The notes under the pieces are model-generated. The model was given only the letters and a program-made list of their open reading frames with translations. It did not search any database and was not told the origin of the DNA. From an uncultured Pseudomonadales bacterium (GTDB taxonomy: Bacteria > Patescibacteriota > Microgenomatia > UBA1400 > RBG-16-45-19), in the NCBI GenBank assembly GCA_964441155.1, contig CAYYKL010000001.1:216393-280392 (forward strand): 64,000 bases of DNA. Direction: 5' to 3'. Positions within the stretch are counted from its first letter, which is position 1; every line of letters starts with the position of its first letter. The translations under genes were made by a program, and so were the position numbers. This document shows, one piece after another, positions 29,449 through 39,899 of this stretch.

Positions 29449-30624
29449 TTACTGCGTCCCAACAATTGTTAACCGTTCCTGAGCGCGAGTGATGCCGGTG
29501 TAGAGCCAACGCCGCCAATCTTCGTCACTCATATGCTTGTTGCGCTCTTCAAATAATAAAACTGACTTTGCTTGCGAACCTTGGGCTTTGTGCACAGTCA
29601 GCGCATAGCCAAAATCAAATAAATCTCCAAGCTGCCGATAGGTCAGTGAACCGTATTCATCTAAGGTTTTGGGGTAGTTGAATTGGTGTGCGCTAATTTT
29701 GCCTTCATACAAAAATTCTCCGTCTTCTATTTCAAGCTCGACCCGAAACCAATGCACTTCCCCATCTTTTCCCTCAACTGAAGTAATCGAAGAAACGACT
29801 CCCACCATGCCGTTGTAAATTCCTTTCTTCCAATTATTTTTCAAGCAAATCAATTTATCTCTCAGTTGCGGCTTTTGACTTTCATAGTCACGATATAAGC
29901 GCATTTGCTTGTTGAGCTCTATCCGAGAAAAATTGTAGCCTGAGAGCACCATATTTTCTTGTCGCAACATTTCTTCGACTTCAGAGTTAGTGGCACTATC
30001 GTAGCGATCTAATTTTCTTACCCCCTGTCCATATTCCCCCACCGCTATGATACCTGTTTCTCGAGCGATCTTGGACAAGTGAATAATTGGGTTTTGCTCA
30101 GCCTGTCGATGAATTTTTTCCAAGCGAAGCTCTGGCTCGTTCATCAAATTAAAATTGCCACCAATGGGAGGCAACTGTCCATGATCGCCAACCGCTAAGA
30201 TAGGTATTCCATAGGACAACAAGTCTTGCCAAATAGCTTTATCCACCATACTGGCTTCATCAACTACAATCAAATCATAGGCAATCGCGTTTCGCTTATA
30301 CCAACTCTTAATGCGCCCTGCGGAATCTGCCTCGGGGGCATATATGAGCGAGTGAATCGTGCTTACCTTATCTTGTTTGGTAACAACCTTGTGCTCAGCC
30401 AATGTTGCGGCTAAAACCCGAGAAGCTTTCCCTGTAAATGCGCAAAAAGCAATTTTTAGATCTGGTTTAGCTTTATGCAACACGCGGCGAAACATAGCCA
30501 GTAATGTAGTTTTACCTGTGCCTGCATAACCACCCACAGTTAAATACTGACTCGATCTATTTTTATACCACTCGATAATCGCGACCAAAACTTGGCTTTG
30601 GTCGGGAGATAGCTTCATTTCCAT
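29449..30624 (-). CDS. RecD/Dda-like SF1B DNA helicase (AAA_30 ATPase)
   Basis: Walker A GYAGTGKTTLL; motif II VVDEASMV; VGDHGQLPPI; C-terminal LTVHKAQGSQ. Confidence 0.7.
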   Translation of the reverse strand: MEMKLSPDQSQVLVAIIEWYKNRSSQYLTVGGYAGTGKTTLLAMFRRVLHKAKPDLKIAFCAFTGKASRVLAATLAEHKVVTKQDKVSTIHSLIYAPEADSAGRIKSWYKRNAIAYDLIVVDEASMVDKAIWQDLLSYGIPILAVGDHGQLPPIGGNFNLMNEPELRLEKIHRQAEQNPIIHLSKIARETGIIAVGEYGQGVRKLDRYDSATNSEVEEMLRQENMVLSGYNFSRIELNKQMRLYRDYESQKPQLRDKLICLKNNWKKGIYNGMVGVVSSITSVEGKDGEVHWFRVELEIEDGEFLYEGKISAHQFNYPKTLDEYGSLTYRQLGDLFDFGYALTVHKAQGSQAKSVLLFEERNKHMSDEDWRRWLYTGITRAQERLTIVGTQ

Positions 30625-30642
30625 ATCGCAAATTATTCACTA

Positions 30643-31947
30643 ATGCCCTTGATAGATGGTACCGCGATCATTACACTTGAAGTATACATGCAAAATTCTT
30701 CTCTGCCTCCAAACGCGCATCATCACAGCAAATCAACAAAGCTATTCTCTCTTTATAGTCTGATTTTCTTGTTCTTTTATATTGGCGATTCAATCATGTC
30801 TTATTTTGCTCCTATTTTTATCGAACACCATCTTCAGGACCCTCTCATGCTAGGACTCGTCATTAGTAGTTCATCCATGATTGGATTTTTTGTTGATATC
30901 TTTTTAAGTGACCGGTTTCCCAAAAAGGACTATTATTTCTTTTTAATCGTTGGAGTTTTGCTCGCTATTGCCTATCCCTTAGTACTTTTATTGCCCGCAA
31001 GTCTGGCGGTTATGCTGATTGCTATGGCGGTGTGGGGAATCTACTTCGAGTTCTTAAGTTTTTCGAATTTTCGAGCAATTCACGATATTTTGCCCAAAGA
31101 AAAGCGTGATTTTGCCTGGGGTTTATCCAGCTCACTCAATTCCCTTGCCGTGCTTCTCGGCCCATTTATCGCCGGCATTCTCTTTGCCATACATTTTAAA
31201 GCTCCTTTAGGTGGAGCACTGATTATGTTTGCAATTGCCCTCGCAGGTTCAATTTTTTTCTTTCCTTTCCATCGTCAACGCCAAAGCTTTGCATCTGAGT
31301 CAACTATCAATCTCTGGAAAGAACTAAAAATTTGGAAACTATTAAATAGTCGGCTATGGCCGTATATAATGTATACACTCATTACCTTTACTGTAAGCTC
31401 AGTTTTTTGGACCATTGGACCGGTTCTTGCGGAACACTTAAGCCGTTCTCATTACTTAGGGGGAATGTTGCTCGTTGCCTACTTGGTGCCTTATCTTCTT
31501 TTTGGAATTTTTTCTGATAAGATCGCCCAAGTTTTTGGCAGAGACCGAAGTATTTTTGCATCCGGCCTTGTAGCCGGAATTGCCTTAACCATTGTTGGCA
31601 TTGTTCCTGGCATCATTTCACTGATCGTTCTCGTGTTCGTCGTAGGAACATTTTTAGCCATTAGCACGCCAATGGTTTCGGCAACTTTTGAAAATTACAT
31701 TAGTCGATTAGGCAATTCAGCCAATTCATTAATTGGTTTACGAAATTCCACCACAAGCATTTCTTATATTATTGGGCCACTTGCGTCTGGAATTATTGCC
31801 AAATTTGTCGGATATCAATTAACATTTTCAATTTTTGGCGTAGGTTTGGCACTTTATTGCATTATTGCTTACTTCTTTTTGCCCAAGCATATTGTGCTTC
31901 CTCAGCAAGAAATTAAACTGATTGAGAAACAGGACAAAGCTACTTAA
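30643..31947 (+). CDS. MFS transporter
   Basis: 12 TM segments. The true start is probably an internal Met (for example 30688), given the adjacent divergent gene. Confidence 0.6.
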   Translation: MPLIDGTAIITLEVYMQNSSLPPNAHHHSKSTKLFSLYSLIFLFFYIGDSIMSYFAPIFIEHHLQDPLMLGLVISSSSMIGFFVDIFLSDRFPKKDYYFFLIVGVLLAIAYPLVLLLPASLAVMLIAMAVWGIYFEFLSFSNFRAIHDILPKEKRDFAWGLSSSLNSLAVLLGPFIAGILFAIHFKAPLGGALIMFAIALAGSIFFFPFHRQRQSFASESTINLWKELKIWKLLNSRLWPYIMYTLITFTVSSVFWTIGPVLAEHLSRSHYLGGMLLVAYLVPYLLFGIFSDKIAQVFGRDRSIFASGLVAGIALTIVGIVPGIISLIVLVFVVGTFLAISTPMVSATFENYISRLGNSANSLIGLRNSTTSISYIIGPLASGIIAKFVGYQLTFSIFGVGLALYCIIAYFFLPKHIVLPQQEIKLIEKQDKAT

Positions 31948-32023
31948 ATTCTGGCGAAAAAATGAATACTCACCACGATCAGCCAATGAATTATTAATGA
32001 TAGACCGACCAAGTGTTTGAATT

Positions 32024-33349
32024 TCATGCGCGCTCGTCGATACTAAATTGTTCCGTAAAAATATTTTGATCCGGAACACCTGCTTCAAGCAGTTGCTGCC
32101 GCAAAGAATTCATCATCATGATTGGTCCACACAGATAAAAAACCCGCTTATTAATATGTTTTATTTGCTCTTTTACCACATCCGCAGTAAGCCTGCCTTT
32201 TTCCTTAGTTGCATGGAAATGCAACTTCAATTGTTTAAACTGCTCGCTTTGATTAATTAATTCGCGAGTATACACCATTTCATTTGCCTCGCTTGCGGTA
32301 TAGAAAAAATCAATTTGGTTATAGGCATGTAGTCCGCTAAATATTCTGCTAGCAAAGGGTGTCACGCCGATGCCACCAGCAATCCAAACTTGTTCGCTAG
32401 ATTTATTTGACAAGAATTTTCCGTAAGGTCCCTCAACCCACACTACTGAGCCTATTTTAAGTGCGCGTGTGTTAGCAGTGAAATCTCCAAATGCTTTCGC
32501 AGTGATAATAAGCTCTTCATTTTGATTGCTACTACTAATTGAAAAAGGGTGAGTTTCGTGTTTGCCATTTGCAAGGCTGAACGTAAAAAAGGCGAATTGA
32601 CCAGGAACGAAGCGCAAGCGCTCGCCTTTAGTGGTCAAAATAATTTGCGTGACCTCTTTGTTAAGCTCGTGCACCGATTTGATTTTGTATCGACAACGTG
32701 ACACGAGCCATCTGCCAAACAAAGTGCGGTATGCATACACCGACAGCGCAACAAAGGTAAGCAAAAGTATCATAGCACGCAACATCAAGTTGGCGCGCAC
32801 ATCACTTCCCATAAAGTAGGCATGCACCCCGCCGAGCAAAAACGCCAAACCCATAAGCTTATGAGTTTTGTGCCAAAGTTCATAAGGAAGCTTTACAAAT
32901 AATGTAAGCACGATAAGCGTCATAAATAAGATTAAGCTTATGTTGCCTAAATTCTTATACACATTTGCTCCCGGCAAGAGAATATTGGAAGCAGCTATGG
33001 GTGAATCAATATAGTAAGCACCAGCAATAAATAGTGGATGTAATAAAACAAAGATAAAACCAATACCGCCAAGAATATGATGCAAAATATACATCTTATC
33101 CATACCACCGAAAAAGGTTTCTAGTCGTTTGAACCGTCCACTCAATATGAGATTAATTGCAATCATTCCAAAGCCAAGCAGAGCAGTTAATTGACCAATG
33201 CTTCGAAGCGTTTCTTGAACATTGTATATGCGATCAGAAATGGGCATAACCGAAAACCATCCAGCAATAAGTATTCCCAATATTGCCAGAATTGCCAGAA
33301 TTCCCCACCGACTTCTCGAAATTAATTGCCTATTCATATGCCCGCTCAT
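32024..33349 (-). CDS. NOX/FRE-family flavocytochrome (ferric reductase-like TM domain + FAD/NAD(P)-binding domain)
   Basis: 6-TM N-terminus with paired His residues (HKLMGLAFLLGGVHAYF). FAD motif HPFSISSS. C-terminal NAD(P)-binding fold (GGIGVTPF ... CGP). Confidence 0.7.
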   Translation of the reverse strand: MSGHMNRQLISRSRWGILAILAILGILIAGWFSVMPISDRIYNVQETLRSIGQLTALLGFGMIAINLILSGRFKRLETFFGGMDKMYILHHILGGIGFIFVLLHPLFIAGAYYIDSPIAASNILLPGANVYKNLGNISLILFMTLIVLTLFVKLPYELWHKTHKLMGLAFLLGGVHAYFMGSDVRANLMLRAMILLLTFVALSVYAYRTLFGRWLVSRCRYKIKSVHELNKEVTQIILTTKGERLRFVPGQFAFFTFSLANGKHETHPFSISSSNQNEELIITAKAFGDFTANTRALKIGSVVWVEGPYGKFLSNKSSEQVWIAGGIGVTPFASRIFSGLHAYNQIDFFYTASEANEMVYTRELINQSEQFKQLKLHFHATKEKGRLTADVVKEQIKHINKRVFYLCGPIMMMNSLRQQLLEAGVPDQNIFTEQFSIDERA

Positions 33350-33450
33350 TGTAACTGAACCATGAAAAAATACTATCCAATCTCGTAGCGCTCTATGCTA
33401 TGCGTGCTTCATTTTTTACATCGCGAGATAAGGTGCGATACACTTGAACT

Positions 33451-34713
33451 ATGTCAAGATTAGTTCAGTTACTTGTATGCCTTGTTCTATTTGGTGCCAG
33501 TGCCAGTACTTCGAATCTATACGCAGCCTCATCTCCGCTTTGGGGAAAGATTGCCAATCCCCAACACCAGACAAAATCAACCAAAGCTGCATTCTTTTTT
33601 GCTGGTCCTCCAAATCCTGGATCCCTCGGGTTATATACGAGAACTCCCACTCAATTTGACGCTCACCTATGGCGAAGTCAGGCGGATATTGATGTTTTAT
33701 TTGATTTGTTGCAAGCAACTAATGTCAACGTCATTAAATTGTCATGGTGGGGAACGGGAAACGAGTATAAGCAGTGGGCACCGACGTGGAATGACAAAAA
33801 AGCAAATGTAGACACATTCCAGACGGCCAACAACCGCAACATGCTGGTTGCACCAGTCTTGGAAGTGAGCCCTGCCTTTAAATTTTGGGAAGAGTTTCCC
33901 GCTAACACAACAAACTTGGAAACTCGAATCAAACAAGTTTTGGCAGATTATGGCAATCAACCAAATTGGTTAACGCTCTATGACCAAAACGGTAATCCAA
34001 AGAAGGTAATCTGGCTCATTGAAACGATTCATGTTGGACCTGTAGATAAGGTTCAGTTTGCACAAACTTTTGACCAAGTTGCTCAAAGAATTTTTGAGAG
34101 CACCGGCACCAAAATTGGATTTATTATCGATCCCACTCCGCTACCACCATTCGGCTCATATGCCGGGCCTGATCCCATAGAACTAAAAAAAATTGAGTCG
34201 ATTCTGGCTATAAATCCATTTAATATTACTTCAGATGGCCCCCTAGAAACTAACCGCATCTCCAAAGCGGAAACAATTCTTAACACCTGGAAGCAATCGG
34301 GAATTCCATTAATGGCTCCGGTTTTACCTGGCTTTGATGATCATATTGTTCGACCTCCAGGCACCAGGTACGGCGACAATCCGACTTGGAGATCTACCGT
34401 TGGTACTTTGGGCAAACAATATCAAACTGCTGGCATTACTCTTGATATCTGGAACGGATTCACCGAAGGCTATTCATTCATGCCCACCACTGAACAAGGT
34501 GAGGCAAACTATAACTTAGCTCGCACACTCTTTGGACGAGATAAGGGTGATCTAGATAACAATGAAGTTGTATCAATGAACGATCTACGTTTACTCATAA
34601 ATTATTTCAGATCAAATAATGTCGTGCTGGGTGATGTTAATTCAGATGGCAAATTAACTATCTTCGATTATTCAACTGTAATTTCTCATTTAGGCAAACC
34701 CACATTTCCATAA
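33451..34713 (+). CDS. secreted protein with a C-terminal type-I dockerin-like domain; putative TIM-barrel glycoside hydrolase-like N-terminal domain
   Basis: Signal peptide MSRLVQLLVCLVLFGASAS. Two Ca-binding dockerin repeats (DLDNNEVVSMNDLRLLINYF and DVNSDGKLTIFDYSTVISHL). Confidence 0.5.
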   Translation: MSRLVQLLVCLVLFGASASTSNLYAASSPLWGKIANPQHQTKSTKAAFFFAGPPNPGSLGLYTRTPTQFDAHLWRSQADIDVLFDLLQATNVNVIKLSWWGTGNEYKQWAPTWNDKKANVDTFQTANNRNMLVAPVLEVSPAFKFWEEFPANTTNLETRIKQVLADYGNQPNWLTLYDQNGNPKKVIWLIETIHVGPVDKVQFAQTFDQVAQRIFESTGTKIGFIIDPTPLPPFGSYAGPDPIELKKIESILAINPFNITSDGPLETNRISKAETILNTWKQSGIPLMAPVLPGFDDHIVRPPGTRYGDNPTWRSTVGTLGKQYQTAGITLDIWNGFTEGYSFMPTTEQGEANYNLARTLFGRDKGDLDNNEVVSMNDLRLLINYFRSNNVVLGDVNSDGKLTIFDYSTVISHLGKPTFP

Positions 34714-34729
34714 ACAACAACCCGACGCC

Positions 34730-35002
34730 TTATGCTCGAACCGTGCCCATAAAATCACAACTTAGATTACTGCACAAAGCTTTAGCAATATAACTTTTCC
34801 CTGACCTATCAAGAGGTTCGCTTAAACCAATAACTGTTCCTCGAATAGAAGGACATAGATCTGATTTTACTTTATCTCCTTGATAATAAACACGTTTGTG
34901 GGTTGGCAGCGCGACATCATCACCTAAACTAAATGGGGTTCCAATTGGCGCGTCGGGCTCCAAACCGAAATGAAATTCTTGGTCAGGCGAAATGGGAGGC
35001 AA
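34730..35002 (-). CDS. hypothetical small protein
   Basis: 90-aa ORF. Confidence 0.25.
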   Translation of the reverse strand: MPPISPDQEFHFGLEPDAPIGTPFSLGDDVALPTHKRVYYQGDKVKSDLCPSIRGTVIGLSEPLDRSGKSYIAKALCSNLSCDFMGTVRA

Positions 35003-35003
35003 T

Positions 35004-35600
35004 TTAGTTAGCGGTGGTTTTCACCATAATTGGTTCTGCGTTGTTGTCATACCATACTCCACCCGACAATATGTCAAAGAAATATTCGGTATTAGGTTGG
35101 AGGTTTGCGGCCACTAAACTGTGTTGCATAAGCTCCCCAGGATCTTGAAGCATAGTCATTGGAGGAATTAGCTCTTTGGTCGTGCGCAAGCGAACCACAC
35201 CAATCTCTGGCAAATCAGTTTTCCAAGAAACAGTGAATGATGTGCCCGTTACCTGAGTCACAGTCATATCTTTCGGCTGATACGTTGCCGCTGCTTGAGA
35301 TTCCACATTTTGTTGCTCTTTCACCAGCTGCATTCCCAAAGGAATGGTGCTCGTAATTATACCAATCATCATTATGGTAGCCACAGTCGCCAAGCGCTTA
35401 TGCGATCGAAATGCGGTAACCAGAAGTGCTAAAAAGGCAAAGCCAACGAAGATTAATCCAGACTGCATAGCGGCAAATATCATGCCCCCTTCACCTGGAA
35501 CGATTTTGGCTGGAACAGGAGCAACTGCGGATTGAGGAGTAAGTGCCGCTACTTGCACGTAGTAATTTGAAATATTTTTTCCCAGCGCCTCATTTGCCAT
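35004..35600 (-). CDS. hypothetical membrane protein with a fibronectin-III-like segment
   Basis: Two TM helices, then TVTQVTGTSFTVSWKT. Confidence 0.35.
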   Translation of the reverse strand: MANEALGKNISNYYVQVAALTPQSAVAPVPAKIVPGEGGMIFAAMQSGLIFVGFAFLALLVTAFRSHKRLATVATIMMIGIITSTIPLGMQLVKEQQNVESQAAATYQPKDMTVTQVTGTSFTVSWKTDLPEIGVVRLRTTKELIPPMTMLQDPGELMQHSLVAANLQPNTEYFFDILSGGVWYDNNAEPIMVKTTAN

Positions 35601-35668
35601 TGATTAGCTCCTTATCCCTTAGCATAGGCAAAAAATGTGGCTCAATCAAGCAGCAACCACAGACACAT

Positions 35669-36298
35669 TCAAGAAGTGTTGACTCTTTGCATTACGTCTA
35701 ATAGCGCCTGTTTCATGGTCTCGATTGCTTGATCTACTTCTGCCATACCATCTATAGTCATGTCGGCGTATTTTTGCGTTGGCCCAATGAATTCTTCATA
35801 GGCTTGACGAACACTACCCAAGTATTGGGTAATCACTAGCTCCACATCTCTTCCTCGCTCATGTATATCTCGTTTCATTCTCCTAATAAACCGAATGTCT
35901 GATGGCGTCGAGACAAAAAATGCATAATCAATTTGAGAGCGTAATCTTGAGTCATGTAAAACAAGAATACCATCGAGAAGTATTATGCCTTTCGGTTCCA
36001 AAATTCTTACCTGGCTTGAACGGGTGTAAGTGCTGAAATCGTATTCTGGAATTTGTACAGGATATCCTGATTTTAGCAAAGCAATATGTTCCACCAATAA
36101 ACTCGTTTCCAGACTATCGGGATGATCATAGTTGACAAGTGCCCGCGAACTTAGGGGAATATCGGCGCGATCTTTATAATAGTTATCATGATAAATGAGT
36201 GCTGCTTCAGGCAAACTTTGTAGTAAACCCTTGGCCAAGGTAGTTTTACCTGCGCCGCTGCCACCGGCGATGGCCACTATGATCGGAGATTTGTGCAT
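35669..36298 (-). CDS. udk: uridine kinase
   Basis: P-loop IAGGSGAGKTT plus the YHDNYY and DYDHPDS motifs. Confidence 0.85.
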   Translation of the reverse strand: MHKSPIIVAIAGGSGAGKTTLAKGLLQSLPEAALIYHDNYYKDRADIPLSSRALVNYDHPDSLETSLLVEHIALLKSGYPVQIPEYDFSTYTRSSQVRILEPKGIILLDGILVLHDSRLRSQIDYAFFVSTPSDIRFIRRMKRDIHERGRDVELVITQYLGSVRQAYEEFIGPTQKYADMTIDGMAEVDQAIETMKQALLDVMQRVNTS

Positions 36299-36307
36299 GG
36301 ATTGATT

Positions 36308-36955
36308 TTACAACTGAGGTTCGGGAGTTTCAAAATCTTCTTGCATGCCCATGGCATCTTCACTTTCCGTTTCTGCCGACCATTCCATGAAGGCGGGCGG
36401 CAATTGAATGGTTTTACCCACCAAGCGTTTCAGCGAGGCATTGTCTTGCAAGTCAAGTGCGACACGTTTTGAATTTGCATCCAACACATAATATTCATCA
36501 ACGCTGGCGTCATATCGCAAAATTGCTGAATACATATTTCCTGCTTGAATGGGTTGGCTTGTATTAGTCGCGGTATTGTTTTTGCTTCTAAGGCTTGCCA
36601 TGAACAATCCCACGGATACAAGCGCGACTACAGCCAGCAAAATAAGAAAACCTTTTTGACTGCTTTCAGATTCCGGTTGGATAATCTGAACCCTACTTGG
36701 TGCCACATAATCTTGCTTTATGAAGGTATCCTTTTGTGTCACGGGTTCTGGAACTGGAATCGGCTTGCTTACTTTGACTGCCTTATAGACGACTGAAGGT
36801 GGGATGCCCTCACGAACAATCTTTCTTTCATCGATCAATCGATTCAGATGTCGATAGGTAGTGCGCTTGGTGGTGCCCGACATCGCAACAACTTGGGCAG
36901 TGGTGACAGAACCATTTTTGGTTATAAAATCAAGAATTTGCTGAGTTATTTCCAT
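36308..36955 (-). CDS. membrane-anchored winged-helix DNA-binding protein
   Basis: N-terminal HTH (TTAQVVAMSGTTKRTTYRHLNRLIDERKI), one TM, and a C-terminal domain. Confidence 0.4.
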   Translation of the reverse strand: MEITQQILDFITKNGSVTTAQVVAMSGTTKRTTYRHLNRLIDERKIVREGIPPSVVYKAVKVSKPIPVPEPVTQKDTFIKQDYVAPSRVQIIQPESESSQKGFLILLAVVALVSVGLFMASLRSKNNTATNTSQPIQAGNMYSAILRYDASVDEYYVLDANSKRVALDLQDNASLKRLVGKTIQLPPAFMEWSAETESEDAMGMQEDFETPEPQL

Positions 36956-37095
36956 ATACTATTATTGTTAGCACACTTTCGCCCTTCATTTAAAGAGTCA
37001 GTCTATACTCGTGTCACCATACCAAATGCGATGCTATAGTGAAGCAGGTTAAAGAATGGAAATTTAAAAACATTACTCAAACTTCATAAATTTCA

Positions 37096-37896
37096 ATGCA
37101 ACAGTTAATTACAGAGCTTTCATCATCACTTAGTCATTTTGCTGAAGTTGATGCAATTGCACTCGGAGGATCAAGCTCCACTCAGCGGGCCCAATCTGAT
37201 TCCGATATTGATATCTATATTTACCTCAAAAATGGTTCATCCATTAATCCAATCAAGAGAAGAAGCCTCGCTCAAGCAAGAGGTGTGGCGCGCCCCGAGA
37301 TTAATAATCTTTTTTGGGAAGCTGGAGATGAATGGCAGGAGCCAAGTGGTGTTTATGTTGATCTAATCTATCGAGAAAAGAATTGGATCGAGGAACAACT
37401 CGAGAAAGTTCTGGTTAAACATGAAGCATCGGTTGGCTACTCAACGTGTATTTGGTTCAATGTTCTCCATTCAACCAGTTTGTTTGATCGAACAGGATGG
37501 TTTTCAAAACTTAAAAATATTGCACATGTGGAATATCCCATTGAGTTGCGCGATGCAATTATAGCTAAAAATTATCCACTGCTGCGACAATTAATTTCCT
37601 CGTATAAACATCAACTGTGCAAGGCTTACAACAGAAGAGATTATTTCAGTCTCAATCATCGATCGAGCGCATTTTTGGCTAGTTATTTTGATATTGTATT
37701 TGCCATTAATAGACTGCCGCATCCAGGAGAAAAGCGTTTGCTTCAAATCGTAGAGGCTACCTGCCCAATAAAACCAAAAAATATAGCATTAATTCAGAAG
37801 TTTGCTGAAGCCTGCGCAACAGCCCAACCCTCGATTGATGTCTACATCGACCAATTGGTAGACGAGTTAGATCAACTAATCAAAGCTTCAGAATAG
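37096..37896 (+). CDS. nucleotidyltransferase-fold protein (Pol-beta-like NTase)
   Basis: GGSSSTQRAQSDSDIDIYIY matches the G[GS]x9-13Dx[DE] NTase motif. Confidence 0.55.
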   Translation: MQQLITELSSSLSHFAEVDAIALGGSSSTQRAQSDSDIDIYIYLKNGSSINPIKRRSLAQARGVARPEINNLFWEAGDEWQEPSGVYVDLIYREKNWIEEQLEKVLVKHEASVGYSTCIWFNVLHSTSLFDRTGWFSKLKNIAHVEYPIELRDAIIAKNYPLLRQLISSYKHQLCKAYNRRDYFSLNHRSSAFLASYFDIVFAINRLPHPGEKRLLQIVEATCPIKPKNIALIQKFAEACATAQPSIDVYIDQLVDELDQLIKASE

Positions 37897-38153
37897 TTTG
37901 TGTGCACATAACTGGAAATCAATTGTTCTTTGCGTTTTTTTGAGAAAGTTTTAATTTGACGCTCCCGCATCATCGCTTCAGCTCTGGTTGCCAAGCTTTC
38001 CGTGTAGGCAAGTTCGAAGCTATCAAACAGGCGCAAATATTTTGCTCCCTGTCTATTTTTGCTTTGATGCTGCTTTAGTCTTCTTGCAAGATTATTAGTC
38101 TGACCGGTGTAGAGCGTGTTTTTAGATGTGCGCAAAATATATACGGTGAACAT
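37872..38153 (-). CDS. GIY-YIG nuclease family protein (small UPF0213/YhbQ-like)
   Basis: VYILRTSKNTLYTGQTNNLARRLKQH. Its 3' end overlaps the NTase gene convergently by 25 bp. Confidence 0.7.
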   Translation of the reverse strand: MFTVYILRTSKNTLYTGQTNNLARRLKQHQSKNRQGAKYLRLFDSFELAYTESLATRAEAMMRERQIKTFSKKRKEQLISSYVHTNYSEALIS

Positions 38154-38228
38154 ATACTTCTATCTTAGATCATCCCGCATTCATATTTATTCCTGTTTGC
38201 ATTTAATTTTTCGGTTATCAATGTTACT

Positions 38229-39311
38229 ATGGCTGAAATGTATCGACGATCACAATTTCACATCATCATTGGCATCATTGTACTGGGCTTACTCGGTCTT
38301 TTTTATGCTCAATCGAGGGGAAAACTGCCAGGTCTGACTTCGCCTCAATCACTGATCCCGAAGCAAATTACTGAATTAGATTCCAATTCCGCGAATCCCA
38401 TCAATCCAGCCCATCCGCTATCAATTGAGTCATTGCGCCAAGGTAACTACCCAGGCAGTGAGTTGGTTATCGAGCAGACCTTGTCACCGGGATCAAATTA
38501 CGCACGCTTTATTGCTTCCTATCAATCTGAAGGATTAAAGCAATTCGGACTCCTCACTATTCCTACTGGTCAAAAGCCTGAGAGTGGTTGGCCGGTAATT
38601 ATCTTTAATCATGGCTATATTCCACCTGAAGAATATCGTACTACCGAGCGTTATATTGCCTATACTGATGGGTTTTCTCGCAACGGCTACATACTCTTCC
38701 GGCCTGACTACCGGGGTCACGGCAATTCTGAAGGCGAAGCAGCTGGTGGATATGGATCAAACGCGTACACAATCGATGTGTTAAACGCAGTTGCCTCAGT
38801 GAAAAAACATCCTGATGTAGATGTCGACAGGATTGGCATGTGGGGCCACAGCATGGGTGGTCACATAACGCTGCGCTCGATGGTCGTGATCCAAGATATC
38901 AAAGCCGGAGTCATTTGGGCCGGAGTTGTGGCCTCATATCCTGATTTGCTCACCAATTGGCGCCGCTCAAACCGACCAACACCAGTGATAACCCAACCAA
39001 ACCGTAGGCGCTGGCGCGATGAACTCACTCGGCTCTTCGGTACTCCGGAGGATAACCTTGCTGCTTGGAATTCAATTTCCGCAAATGCTTTTCTAAGCGA
39101 TATTTCAGGTCCCGTGCAATTGCACCACGGCACCGCAGACACATCTGTACCATTTGAATTTTCACAAAAGCTTGAGAAGCAAATGCAAGAGGCAGGGAAA
39201 GAAGTTGAATCTTATATCTATGACGGCGACGATCACAACCTAAGTCAGTCGTTTTCAGTTGCCATGCAGCGATCACTCGCGTTTTTTGATATCCATGTTA
39301 AACAACCTTAA
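38229..39311 (+). CDS. alpha/beta hydrolase (S9 prolyl-oligopeptidase/dienelactone-hydrolase-like), membrane-anchored
   Basis: GHSMGG nucleophile elbow; N-terminal TM. Confidence 0.7.
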   Translation: MAEMYRRSQFHIIIGIIVLGLLGLFYAQSRGKLPGLTSPQSLIPKQITELDSNSANPINPAHPLSIESLRQGNYPGSELVIEQTLSPGSNYARFIASYQSEGLKQFGLLTIPTGQKPESGWPVIIFNHGYIPPEEYRTTERYIAYTDGFSRNGYILFRPDYRGHGNSEGEAAGGYGSNAYTIDVLNAVASVKKHPDVDVDRIGMWGHSMGGHITLRSMVVIQDIKAGVIWAGVVASYPDLLTNWRRSNRPTPVITQPNRRRWRDELTRLFGTPEDNLAAWNSISANAFLSDISGPVQLHHGTADTSVPFEFSQKLEKQMQEAGKEVESYIYDGDDHNLSQSFSVAMQRSLAFFDIHVKQP

Positions 39312-39359
39312 AAATTACACGCTTACTTACACTAGTTTTTTGAATGGAGGTGAATACAA

Positions 39360-39830
39360 ATGAAACAACACATACATTGGCTTGAGCTTAAGAAATTATT
39401 TATTGCGGGCGTTGCTCCAGCGTTCGTTCTAGCTGGCTGTAATTCCACTCCATCAACGCAAAACACAACAGAGCCTTTGACTGAGCCAGTTATTGAGCAA
39501 GCGGAAACGATTGAAGCCAGCAACGAAGCCCAAACGACCACTGAATTGGGTGAAGCCAGAATCATCGAGGTCGAAGGTGGAGGCTTCTACTATAAACCCA
39601 ACGAGATTCGGGTTAAAAAAGGAGAGACGGTCAAAATCGTGCTCAAGAGTGTTGACATGATGCATGACTTTGTCATTGATGAACTCGATGTTAAGTCTGA
39701 GATTATTAAATCTGGTGACACTGGAGAAGTTGAGTTTACCGCCGACACGGTTGGTGAATTTGAATTCTATTGCTCAGTTGGCCAACACCGCGCTAATGGC
39801 ATGGTTGGAACGCTCATTGTTGAGGAATAA
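39360..39830 (+). CDS. cupredoxin-family type-1 copper lipoprotein (plastocyanin/azurin-like)
   Basis: Lipobox LAGC. C-terminal Cu ligands CSVGQHRANGM (Cys-x4-His-x4-Met). Confidence 0.7.
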   Translation: MKQHIHWLELKKLFIAGVAPAFVLAGCNSTPSTQNTTEPLTEPVIEQAETIEASNEAQTTTELGEARIIEVEGGGFYYKPNEIRVKKGETVKIVLKSVDMMHDFVIDELDVKSEIIKSGDTGEVEFTADTVGEFEFYCSVGQHRANGMVGTLIVEE

Positions 39831-39899
39831 GTAAGAATTCTTTTTTAAAACGATGCAAACTTGGGGAATCTAACACATAGATTCCCCGTTTGTTTTTAT

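Noticed and set aside
29449-30624. RecD/Dda-like helicase as a marker of a prophage or plasmid
   Set aside because: No integrase, capsid, terminase or relaxase neighbours. It is flanked by xseAB and an MFS transporter.
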